From Candidatus Omnitrophota bacterium (lineage in GTDB: Bacteria > Omnitrophota > Gorgyraeia > JAHJTE01): a stretch of DNA of 64,000 nt. Location of the stretch: assembly GCA_018830005.1 (NCBI GenBank), contig JAHJTE010000001.1, positions 65,332 through 129,331 of the forward strand, given 5' to 3'. The first letter of the stretch is position 1; each line of letters opens with the position of its first letter. Under the pieces are notes generated by a model. That model had not been told where the DNA came from, did not search any database, and was given only the letters and a program-made list of their open reading frames with translations. Below, one piece after another: positions 18,026 through 26,701 of the stretch. The translations under genes and the position numbers were made by a program.

Positions 18026-18302
18026 AAATTTTGCGATTGCAGACAGGCAGATTTTCGGGCTAGTTTTTAAATTAGGAGCAAAAAGAATAGTTTTACTTAA
18101 GGCGAAGAAGGGCTATATAATGTGCGGCTATCTTAATTTGGCTGCAGCAGAAAAATTCGACGATGCTGCATGTATTGTTAAGGGGGTTAAAACTATCAAG
18201 GATTTGCTCAAAGCAAAAATTGTATTTGCGACTAAACGTGCGCGTAAACTTGGCGTTTATCCTGATATGAAGGCAAGTGAAGCCATCTTAAAATTAAGTT
18301 AG
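17970..18302 (+). CDS. YunC/DUF1805 family protein (start uncertain)
   Basis: KGYIMCGYLN, A.IVKGVKTI.DLL, A..LGV..M...EA. Confidence 0.8.
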   Translation: MKIDFWICSKTGKGRVISKNFAIADRQIFGLVFKLGAKRIVLLKAKKGYIMCGYLNLAAAEKFDDAACIVKGVKTIKDLLKAKIVFATKRARKLGVYPDMKASEAILKLS

Positions 18303-18318
18303 ATAATTTTTTAAAAAT

Positions 18319-18957
18319 ATGAAGTATAAATTGATTATAGTAGATTTAGGCAATGTCTTAATAAATTTCAATCATTGGATTGCTGCAAATAAATTATTAA
18401 AATACAGCTCAAAGAGTCTCGATGCAATTCATACCTTGTTTTTCGATTCTCCCACCTTGAAAGATTTTGAAGAAGGCAAAATGACTCCCGAGGATTTTTT
18501 CTTGGCAGTGAAAGAAGATTTAGGGTTAGATATAGACTATGAACGCTTCCTGCCAATATGGAATGATATATTCTATCTTACTCCGGATAATCTTGCAGTC
18601 CACAAGCTCCTCTCTACGTTGAAAACGCAATATAAAATAGTCCTACTTTCAAATATAAACCAGCTGCACTTCGAATATCTGCAGAATAATTTTAATATCT
18701 TTGATCCTTTTAATAGGTTAGTACTTTCCTATAAGATAGGCTTAAGAAAACCCGCTCCTGAAATTTATCGACATGCCCTTGATTTGTTTTCAGTAAGACC
18801 TGAGCAGGCATTCTATATAGATGACAGAGATGATCTAATTGCTGCGGCAAAACTACTTTCCATTCCCGCAGTTGTCTTTAAGTCATTCCCACCTCTTATG
18901 AGCGCACTGCACGATGCAGGAATCATAAAACAAGAAAAAAAGGCGCTCCCCGCATAA
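18319..18957 (+). CDS. HAD-superfamily phosphatase (YihX-like)
   Basis: DLGNVL, LSN, KP.PEIY, IDDR. Confidence 0.88.
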   Translation: MKYKLIIVDLGNVLINFNHWIAANKLLKYSSKSLDAIHTLFFDSPTLKDFEEGKMTPEDFFLAVKEDLGLDIDYERFLPIWNDIFYLTPDNLAVHKLLSTLKTQYKIVLLSNINQLHFEYLQNNFNIFDPFNRLVLSYKIGLRKPAPEIYRHALDLFSVRPEQAFYIDDRDDLIAAAKLLSIPAVVFKSFPPLMSALHDAGIIKQEKKALPA

Positions 18958-19036
18958 TTTATTTCTTTATTTGTTAAGTTTAATAAAAAAAATAATCTAC
19001 ACAATCAATTTTTTTTCAAAAAATCACAAATATAAC

Positions 19037-19065
19037 TTGACAGGTGTTATAAAAACGTATAAAAT
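19037..19065 (+). promoter_or_regulatory. sigma70 promoter of the ATP-grasp/kamA operon
   Basis: TTGACA (19037-42), 17 bp, TAAAAT (19060-65), in a very AT-rich intergenic region. Confidence 0.72.
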
Positions 19066-19154
19066 TTTTTTATAAGCAAAATTTAATTTTTTGAGAAAAA
19101 TAATTTAAATTGAAAAAAATAAATAATGTTAGGATTGTAAATTTCCGTCGCAGG

Positions 19155-19206
19155 AAAGGATAGCCCTTTAAGGTTTTAATAAGGCGTGCTATCCTTTTTT
19201 ATTTTT
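19155..19206 (+). terminator. Intrinsic terminator-like hairpin in the 5' leader (possible attenuator)
   Basis: AAAGGATAGC (19155-64) pairs with GCTATCCTTT (19188-97), inner CCTT/AAGG, then a T-run. Confidence 0.7.
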
Positions 19207-19212
19207 CAAGAT

Positions 19213-20217
19213 ATGAGAAATAATAACAACCACAAAACAATCGGACTTACCTTTGATCTGAAGGAAGATTATAGATTAAAGAAAGGCGATCCAGTAGATA
19301 GATATGCCGAGTTTGATGTAAAGGCAACCATTGATATAGTAAAAAAGGCGATTGAAGATAATGGCCACAAGGTTTTACCACTAGGTGATATAAAATCGCT
19401 TTTGAATTTAAGAGGAAGGCCGCAAGTAGATATTGTCTTTAACCTTGCTGAAGGTGAACTAGGAAGGAATCGCGAATCCCAAGTGCCAATGTTTTTAGAA
19501 TTTTTGCAACTTCCTTTTGTAGGAGGGGATGCCTTAACATTGGGAATTAGCTTAGATAAGATCATGACAAAAAAAATTTTTATTGCCGAGGGTATCCCAA
19601 CCCCTGCTTTTTTTCAGGCAAATAATGCCTCTGATTTAGGAACCATGAAGTTAAAGTATCCCTTAATTGTTAAACCACGCTTTGAAGGTTCTTCAAAAGG
19701 AGTAAATCAGGAGTCTCTAATATATGATTTTTCAAATTTAAAGAAGCGGGTTAAATGGCTCATAGAGACATATCAACAGTCAGCATTAATTGAAGAATTT
19801 ATAATGGGCAAGGAGTTCACTGTTCCGATAATCGGTAACGATAAACCTACTGTCTATTGTCCTGTGCAGATTAAGATAGATGGAAAACTAAAATTAGGTG
19901 ATTTATTTTACACTTTTGAGCGCATAACTTCTGATAAATTGGAATATATTTATCCTGCAAAGATTAACAAGGCCTTGACTGAGCGGATTCGCAAATTAGC
20001 ACTTGCAGCCTATCAGGCCGTGGAATGTCGTGATTTCGGCAGGGTCGATTTTAGGGTAAATGAAAAAAATGAAATTTTTGTGCTTGAGGTTAATCCCCTG
20101 CCTTCTTTATCTACGGATGATGTATTTATGAAGATAGCTGAATATGATGGTTTAAAATTTTCCGACGTAATTGGAGAAATTCTAAGGAGTGCATTCAAAA
20201 GGTATAATTGGAATTAA
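19213..20217 (+). CDS. D-Ala-D-Ala ligase-like ATP-grasp enzyme
   Basis: VFNLAEG..GRNRESQVP, LDK, VKP.FEGSSKG, EEFI.GKE, GRVDFR, LEVNPLP; ATG 19213 preferred because the track start lies inside the hairpin. Confidence 0.85.
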   Translation: MRNNNNHKTIGLTFDLKEDYRLKKGDPVDRYAEFDVKATIDIVKKAIEDNGHKVLPLGDIKSLLNLRGRPQVDIVFNLAEGELGRNRESQVPMFLEFLQLPFVGGDALTLGISLDKIMTKKIFIAEGIPTPAFFQANNASDLGTMKLKYPLIVKPRFEGSSKGVNQESLIYDFSNLKKRVKWLIETYQQSALIEEFIMGKEFTVPIIGNDKPTVYCPVQIKIDGKLKLGDLFYTFERITSDKLEYIYPAKINKALTERIRKLALAAYQAVECRDFGRVDFRVNEKNEIFVLEVNPLPSLSTDDVFMKIAEYDGLKFSDVIGEILRSAFKRYNWN

Positions 20218-20235
20218 AAAACTAAAGAGGATACA

Positions 20236-21426
20236 TTGCCCTCAACAACAGAACAAAATATAAAGACAAAGGATGCATCTCAACTGGAGAAGCAGGCGCC
20301 TCCTACTTTCCGTAAAGGCAGCACTGATTATCACCGCTTTGAGATTTATAAGGATGTAGATGCAGAGTTGTGGGAAGATTGGCATTGGCAGATAAAGAAC
20401 CGAATTTATACCAAGGAGCAGCTATCTTGCTTTATAACATTGACACCGCAAGAAGAAGAGGGTATTAGGCGTTCTGACGGGCGTCTTGCCATGGCGATTA
20501 CGCCTTATTGGGCGAATCTGATGGATCCTGTGGATGTTAATTGCCCTATTCGTAAACAAGGCGTACCCTTGGCTGCAGAGTTTAAGAAATATCTTCACGA
20601 AATGATTGATCCTTGCGCTGAAGATAGAGATTCTCCTGTGCCAGGATTAGTGCATCGCTATCCAGATAGAGTGTTGTTTATTGCTACTGAACAGTGCGCC
20701 ATGTATTGTCGCCACTGTACGCGTCGGAGATTGGTAGGCAATAAATCAGTTAGTGTTTATACTAAAAGAATAGATGCTGCAGTCGAGTATATAAAATCTA
20801 ACAAGAAGATTCGTGATTGTCTGATCTCGGGCGGTGACCCTTTTATGCTTGAAGACAATCAATTAGAAGAGATACTTAAAAAATTTAGTTCATTAGACAA
20901 TATTGAATTTTTGCGCCTCGGCACGCGCGTTCCGGTTACCATGCCCATGCGCATAACCGATAATCTCATAGCCTTGTTGAAGAAATATAAGCCGCTATGG
21001 ATTAGTATTCATTTCAATCATCCTAAAGAGATTACAGCAAGGACGCAAAAGGCAATCAATTTATTAGCAGATAGCGGTATTCCTTTAGGTAGCCAGACAG
21101 TATTGTTAAAAGGCATAAATGATCGCCCCTTTATTATGAAGAAATTAATGCATAAACTTCTTACCCTGCGAGTGCGGCCATATTATATCTATCAGTGCGA
21201 TCCGGCAAAAGGTACGACACATTTTCGCACCCCAATTGCTGCTGGAATAAGTATTATTGAGAAGTTAAGAGGTCATACCTCTGGTTATGCAGTGCCAATA
21301 TATGTAATAGATGCACCGGGTGGTGGAGGCAAGATACCCTTGGGCCCGAATTATTTAATATCACAATCTAAGGGGAAATACGTATTGCGGAACTTCAGGG
21401 GTAAGATCTATAAGTATATAGAGTAA
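20236..21426 (+). CDS. kamA: KamA-family radical SAM enzyme, lysine 2,3-aminomutase type
   Basis: HRYPDR, CAMYCRHC, SGGDP, YQCD, DAPGGGGK (PLP Lys); TTG start. Confidence 0.88.
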   Translation: MPSTTEQNIKTKDASQLEKQAPPTFRKGSTDYHRFEIYKDVDAELWEDWHWQIKNRIYTKEQLSCFITLTPQEEEGIRRSDGRLAMAITPYWANLMDPVDVNCPIRKQGVPLAAEFKKYLHEMIDPCAEDRDSPVPGLVHRYPDRVLFIATEQCAMYCRHCTRRRLVGNKSVSVYTKRIDAAVEYIKSNKKIRDCLISGGDPFMLEDNQLEEILKKFSSLDNIEFLRLGTRVPVTMPMRITDNLIALLKKYKPLWISIHFNHPKEITARTQKAINLLADSGIPLGSQTVLLKGINDRPFIMKKLMHKLLTLRVRPYYIYQCDPAKGTTHFRTPIAAGISIIEKLRGHTSGYAVPIYVIDAPGGGGKIPLGPNYLISQSKGKYVLRNFRGKIYKYIE

Positions 21427-21452
21427 TTCTGAGAAATTAAGGAATTTTATTT

Positions 21453-21499
21453 GGAGGTTGGTGTCAGGCTTTAATTAGTTGACGCCAACCTCCTTTTTT
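21453..21499 (+). terminator. Intrinsic terminator after kamA
   Basis: GGAGGTTGGTGTCA / TGACGCCAACCTCC stem followed by TTTTTT. Confidence 0.85.
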
Positions 21500-21670
21500 A
21501 TTATAATATTGGCCTATATTACAGATTAATTGAACTCAGAACTTAGAGCGTGAAGTTTACACTCACCAATCTAGCTGCTAACTAATAGATAACTTATGGC
21601 ATCTTTTTAGAGTCTTCGCCCTAGACGGACAGCCCTATACAATCTTCTTAAGATTACGGAGGTATTTAAT

Positions 21671-23629
21671 ATGGAAGGTTTTGATCCTAAGATGGTGCGA
21701 AGCATTGCCTTGGTTTCACATGCCCAGGCGGGGAAGACCTCTCTGGCAGAAAGTTTATTGTTTGTTACTGGAGCCACTTCCCGCTTAGGTAAGCCGGAAG
21801 AGGGCAATACGTTAAGTGATTACAATCATGACGAAATCGAAAGAAAGATCTCGATTAATTCCAGCATTATAAATTGTTCTTATAATGGCCACTTTATTCA
21901 TATTATCGATACCCCGGGCTATGCAGATTTTATAGGCGAAGTTTACTCAAGCCTGCCCGCTGTAGACGCCGGCATTGTGGTTATAGATGCGGCTCAAGGC
22001 ATTGAGGTTGGAACTGAAAGGGTATGGGCGCTTTTAGAGGAAGCCAGCCTGGCGCGGATAATTTTTGTAAACAAGACAGATAAGGAAGATGTTAACGCAG
22101 AGGAGCTTTTAGGAAACATAAAAGAAGGTCTTTCAAAAAAAATAATCGTTGTTGGTAAAGAGTTTGATGAAGTAGCGATTGAGTCAATTGCCGAGACTGA
22201 TGATGCCTTGCTGGAGAAATATCTAGAGCAGGGGTCTTTGAGTCAAGAGGAATTGCTTCCTGCATTACATAAGGCTACTTCAAAATGTGAGCTTTTTCCC
22301 TTGGTTTTCGGCAGCGTACATAAACAAGAGGGAATAGGAGAGCTTCTTGAGGCAATCATAAAGTATCTTCCCTCTCCACTTGAACGTCCCCCACTCAAGG
22401 TTATCGATTCTAAGACCAAAGAGGAAAAAGAGATCACTTCTTTTGATTCTGATTCTTTGAGCGCACAAGTTTTTAAATCAATATCTGATCCTTACGTTGG
22501 TCAACTTTCCATATTGAGGATATTTTCTGGAACACTTTCTTCCAACGGTTCATTTTATAATGTCACTAAGGATGTGTGGGAAAGATTTGGCCAGATCCAT
22601 TCGCTTCAAGGTAAGAATCAAAAACCGATACCGACTGCTAGTTGCGGCGATATCATAGCTATTGCTAAATTAAAATCAACCAAAACCGGCGATACCATAA
22701 CTGATGGAGCAGGAGATTTTCTCTTCAAGCCTATACAATTTCCCGAGCCAGCCATATCTTCTTCTATAAGGCCAAAATCACGCGCTGACGAGGGGAAGAT
22801 TTCTGTTGCACTTTCTAAATTGACTGCGGAAGATCCTACTTTCAAAATAAGCCTTGATCAACAGACAAAAGAACTTATTATATCCGGGGTTGGAGATTTG
22901 CATCTTGATGTTATGGTTGCCCGTATGCGCCAACGCTTCCATGTTGATGTTGAAATGGGTACACCAAAGGTTGCCTATAAAGAGACAATAAGCAAAACAG
23001 TAAAGATTCAGGCTAAATATAAGAAGCAATCTGGCGGCAGAGGTCAATATGGAGATGTCTGGCTAGAGTTGCAACCTCTGCCTCAGGGTGAGAATTTTGA
23101 GTTTGTGGATAAAGTCTTTGGTGGAGCAATCCCCAAAAATTTTATACCTTCTGTGGAAAAAGGTGTGCTGCAGGCCTGTAGAGAAGGTGCAATTGCTGGA
23201 TATCCGATAGTAGATATTAAGGTCATTCTTTATGATGGTTCTTATCATAATGTCGATTCTTCGGATATGGCATTTCAGATTGCAGGCGCAATGGCCTTAC
23301 GCAAGGGAGTTTTAGAGGCAGCGCCTAAATTACTTGAGCCGATTATGGACGTAGAGATAGTGATTCCTGATGACTATACAGGGCAGATTTCAGGAGACCT
23401 GAATTCTCGCCGCGGAAGGATTATGGGCATTGAGACTGTTGGCAAAAAACAGAAGATTAAGGCACAGGTGCCTCTTTCAGAGATGTTCAAGTATGCCAAT
23501 GACTTACGATCTATAACTGCTGATAGAGGTGCCTATAGTATGCGTTTTTCTCATTACGAAGACACTCCCCAGAAGGTTTTGCAGGGAATAGTTGCAGCTG
23601 CAAAGCAAGATAAAGAAGAAAAGAAATAA
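21671..23629 (+). CDS. Elongation factor G-like protein (EF-G2 paralog)
   Basis: EF-G domain architecture, KKQSGGRGQYG, DGSYH.VDSS; G motifs divergent (HAQAGKT, RKISI, DTPGYADF). Confidence 0.88.
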   Translation: MEGFDPKMVRSIALVSHAQAGKTSLAESLLFVTGATSRLGKPEEGNTLSDYNHDEIERKISINSSIINCSYNGHFIHIIDTPGYADFIGEVYSSLPAVDAGIVVIDAAQGIEVGTERVWALLEEASLARIIFVNKTDKEDVNAEELLGNIKEGLSKKIIVVGKEFDEVAIESIAETDDALLEKYLEQGSLSQEELLPALHKATSKCELFPLVFGSVHKQEGIGELLEAIIKYLPSPLERPPLKVIDSKTKEEKEITSFDSDSLSAQVFKSISDPYVGQLSILRIFSGTLSSNGSFYNVTKDVWERFGQIHSLQGKNQKPIPTASCGDIIAIAKLKSTKTGDTITDGAGDFLFKPIQFPEPAISSSIRPKSRADEGKISVALSKLTAEDPTFKISLDQQTKELIISGVGDLHLDVMVARMRQRFHVDVEMGTPKVAYKETISKTVKIQAKYKKQSGGRGQYGDVWLELQPLPQGENFEFVDKVFGGAIPKNFIPSVEKGVLQACREGAIAGYPIVDIKVILYDGSYHNVDSSDMAFQIAGAMALRKGVLEAAPKLLEPIMDVEIVIPDDYTGQISGDLNSRRGRIMGIETVGKKQKIKAQVPLSEMFKYANDLRSITADRGAYSMRFSHYEDTPQKVLQGIVAAAKQDKEEKK

Positions 23630-23691
23630 ACTGATTCACCCGAATAATCCGGCAGCCTCGAGATTATAGGGTCATTAAAAGGAGCTTTGCT

Positions 23692-25254
23692 ATGGTAAAG
23701 GTAAAAAGGGCATTGATTAGCGTTTCTGACAAAACCGGAATTGTGGAATTTGCTAAGGGATTGAAGGAGTTGGGTACTGAGATTATTTCTACTGGCGGCA
23801 CAGCAGCGCTCCTAAAGAATAGTGGGATTGACGTTATAGAGGTGGGAGATTATACTGGTTTTCCTGAAATGCTCAATGGCAGGGTTAAGACATTGCATCC
23901 TAAAATCCACGCCGGATTGTTGGCATTACGTAATAATCAAGAGCATCTTGAAAGTTTGCATCAGCATAAGATCGGCCTTATAGATATGGTAGTTGTTAAC
24001 CTTTATCCTTTTGAGCAGACAATAAAGAAAAAAGATATTGAACTCGCTGAGGCTATAGAGAATATTGATATTGGTGGACCTTCGATGTTACGCTCTGCTG
24101 CAAAGAATTATAATAGTGTGGCTGTAGTTTGCAATCCGGCGCGCTATAATTCAATACTTGAGGAGATGAAGCGTCAGAATTGCCTTATCAGCGATAATAC
24201 CTTGGCGCAGTTAGGGCTCGAGGTGTTTGAATTAACCAGCCACTACGACAGCGCTATTCATAAATACTTAAAAGGCACATTGGCAACAGTGCCAATATTT
24301 GATGAGACCTTTCCTTTTACGCTCAATCATTCATTTGAAAAGGTGCAGGATTTACGCTATGGCGAAAACCCACATCAGAAGGCAGCGCTATATCGACAGG
24401 AACAATTTCGCTGGGCAGATAATTTTAGACAGCTACATGGAAAAGAGCTATCATTTAATAACATCCTTGACTTGACAGCTGCTTTAGACATAGTGAAAGA
24501 ATTTAGCGGCCCGGCAGCTGTGGTGATAAAACATACTAATCCTTGCGGAGTTGCACAAGATAAAACCATAAGTGCTGCATATCTGGCAGCACATAAATGC
24601 GATCCACTTTCTGCATTTGGGGGCATTGTTGGGTTAAATAAAGATGTTGATACCAAGACTGCCCAATATATCAGCAAGAGCGGTTTTCTAGAATGCGTAA
24701 TTGCCCCTAGTTTTAGTAAAAAGGCACAGGAGATATTAAAGCAAAAGAAGAATCTTCGCCTTATAGAAGTTCCAGATCTATTGAGAGAATACGAAGATAA
24801 TTTTGACATGAGAAAGGTTATCGGCGGTCTCCTTGTTCAGGAGATGGATAAGGAAAACCTGGATAAGGATTCTGTTAAAGTGGTCACTAAGAGAAAACCT
24901 ACCTCAAGCCAATTGCAATCTCTTTTGTTTGGCTGGAAGGCAATAAGACATACTAAATCTAACGCTATTATGTTGGTTAGGGGCACAAGGACAGTCGGCA
25001 TCGGCCCGGGTCAGACATCAAGGGTGGATGCAGTACATATTGCCATAAGAAAGGCAGGAAAACTAAAAAATGGCTCCTGTCTTATATCTGATGCATTCTT
25101 TCCTAAGCCCGATAGTATCAAATTAGCTGCAAAGGCCAAGATAAAGGCGATTATTCAGCCGGGCGGTTCCATTGCCGACGCAGATATTATAAAAGAAGCT
25201 GATAGATGCGGTATAGCTATGGTATTTACCGGCATACGTCACTTCAAGCACTAA
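23692..25254 (+). CDS. purH: Bifunctional AICAR transformylase/IMP cyclohydrolase
   Basis: RALISVSDK, GRVKTLHP, LRYGENPHQ, IIQPGGS, RHFKH. Confidence 0.97.
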   Translation: MVKVKRALISVSDKTGIVEFAKGLKELGTEIISTGGTAALLKNSGIDVIEVGDYTGFPEMLNGRVKTLHPKIHAGLLALRNNQEHLESLHQHKIGLIDMVVVNLYPFEQTIKKKDIELAEAIENIDIGGPSMLRSAAKNYNSVAVVCNPARYNSILEEMKRQNCLISDNTLAQLGLEVFELTSHYDSAIHKYLKGTLATVPIFDETFPFTLNHSFEKVQDLRYGENPHQKAALYRQEQFRWADNFRQLHGKELSFNNILDLTAALDIVKEFSGPAAVVIKHTNPCGVAQDKTISAAYLAAHKCDPLSAFGGIVGLNKDVDTKTAQYISKSGFLECVIAPSFSKKAQEILKQKKNLRLIEVPDLLREYEDNFDMRKVIGGLLVQEMDKENLDKDSVKVVTKRKPTSSQLQSLLFGWKAIRHTKSNAIMLVRGTRTVGIGPGQTSRVDAVHIAIRKAGKLKNGSCLISDAFFPKPDSIKLAAKAKIKAIIQPGGSIADADIIKEADRCGIAMVFTGIRHFKH

Positions 25255-25287
25255 TTCACTTAGCCTCTTAACTGGCTTAACCATAAG

Positions 25288-26679
25288 ATGACTTACCGAG
25301 GGGCTCTACAGTACCTTAATTCCTTGACCAATTATGAGAATATCCGTGAGTTTTCTACTGCCCCAGTTTTTAACATACATAAAATCACCACATTCTTAAA
25401 AAGCATCAATTCTCCCCAAAAGAATTTAAACGTCATCCATGTTGCCGGCAGCAACGGAAAAGGTTCCACATCTGCCTTTATTGCTTATATATTGCGAGAG
25501 GCTGGATTTTCAACCGGACTTTATACCTCTCCTCACTTAAGCGATATTAGAGAGCGCATTAGAATACTCTCGCCAGGGCATTCCCGGAATATAAAAAAAA
25601 GTGTATTTGAAGGCTTAATCTCAAAGAACGATTTTATAAAAATACTATCAATCTTAAGACCAAGACTAGAGAGGTTTAATAAGCACTCAAGCTATGGTTC
25701 TTTGACATTTTTTGAAGTCATTACGCTAATCGCTTTAATATATTTTAAAAGAAAAAAAACTGATTTTGTTGTTTTGGAAACAGGATTAGGTGGCAGGCTC
25801 GATGCAACCAATGTTATTCGCCCCTTGCTCTGCGTCATAACACCAATAAGCTATGAACACGAAGAGTTTTTAGGTAAGTCATTGAAGCAGATAGCAGCAG
25901 AAAAGGCCGGGATTATTAAGAAGAGAAAAAACTTGGTTACTATTAGTGCTTCTCAGCCTAGATGTGTAAGAGAGGTAATTAAAAATAGATGCAGGGATTT
26001 GGGCGTAGGATTAATACAGCTGGGTAAAGATAGCAGCTTTAAAAAAAATTACACCAATTCAGAAGGTCAATGCTTTAATCTTAAGACGCCCAGGAATTAC
26101 TACCGTAATCTTTCTATTAAAATGTTAGGGACTCACCAGTTAATAAATGCCTCTTGTGCGGTTTCAGCAATAGAAGAGCTAGGTAATTTTCACGTTAGGA
26201 TATCAGAGGATTCTATTCGCAGGGGCCTGACTGCTACCTCTTGGCCAGGCAGACTGGAATTGATTGCTGGCTCCCCTGAGATCTTACTCGATGGCGCACA
26301 CAATAAAGGCGCTATGGAAGCTTTAGTACACAGCTTAAGATTGAATTTTATTCATAGGCCTAAACATATAATATTAGGAATTTCCAAAGATAAGAATATA
26401 GCCGAGATAACAAAGGAGATTTCCAAGGTCGCAGATTCTATCACCGTGACACGTTCAAACAATGCCCGGGCCGCAGAGACTTCTTGTTTAGTCGAGAATT
26501 TAAAAAAGACAAGATCTAGGTATTGCCGAAAATTTTCCTTATCTGCTCGTGAAGATTTCAGGCAGGCACTTGATCTGGCAAAAAGGCGCGCTAAATCTAA
26601 TGAGCTTATTGTTGTTACCGGATCCATCTTTTTAATCGGGGACGTTAGAAGGCATCTTGAGCAAGCCAGAACTGTTTAA
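25288..26679 (+). CDS. folC: Folylpolyglutamate synthase/dihydrofolate synthase
   Basis: HVAGSNGKGS, YTSPHL, ETGLGGRLDATN, DGAHN. Confidence 0.95.
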   Translation: MTYRGALQYLNSLTNYENIREFSTAPVFNIHKITTFLKSINSPQKNLNVIHVAGSNGKGSTSAFIAYILREAGFSTGLYTSPHLSDIRERIRILSPGHSRNIKKSVFEGLISKNDFIKILSILRPRLERFNKHSSYGSLTFFEVITLIALIYFKRKKTDFVVLETGLGGRLDATNVIRPLLCVITPISYEHEEFLGKSLKQIAAEKAGIIKKRKNLVTISASQPRCVREVIKNRCRDLGVGLIQLGKDSSFKKNYTNSEGQCFNLKTPRNYYRNLSIKMLGTHQLINASCAVSAIEELGNFHVRISEDSIRRGLTATSWPGRLELIAGSPEILLDGAHNKGAMEALVHSLRLNFIHRPKHIILGISKDKNIAEITKEISKVADSITVTRSNNARAAETSCLVENLKKTRSRYCRKFSLSAREDFRQALDLAKRRAKSNELIVVTGSIFLIGDVRRHLEQARTV

Positions 26680-26701
26680 ATAAAACAGCCAATTTAATAT
26701 T

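Noticed and set aside
18958-19135. Very AT-rich tract as possible oriC/DUE
   Set aside because: No TTATCCACA-type DnaA box cluster and no dnaA/dnaN; explained by the promoter region
20236-21426. KamA as EpmB (EF-P modification) or glutamate 2,3-aminomutase
   Set aside because: No efp/epmA adjacent, longer KamA-type N-terminus, and lysine-type Asp residues retained
21500-21670. 170-nt intergenic region as possible 6S or other ncRNA
   Set aside because: No long closing stem or recognisable consensus by eye; an Rfam search would be needed
23630-23691. Hairpin upstream of purH as a possible ZTP (pfl) riboswitch
   Set aside because: Too short and lacks the pfl consensus; more likely a simple intergenic stem
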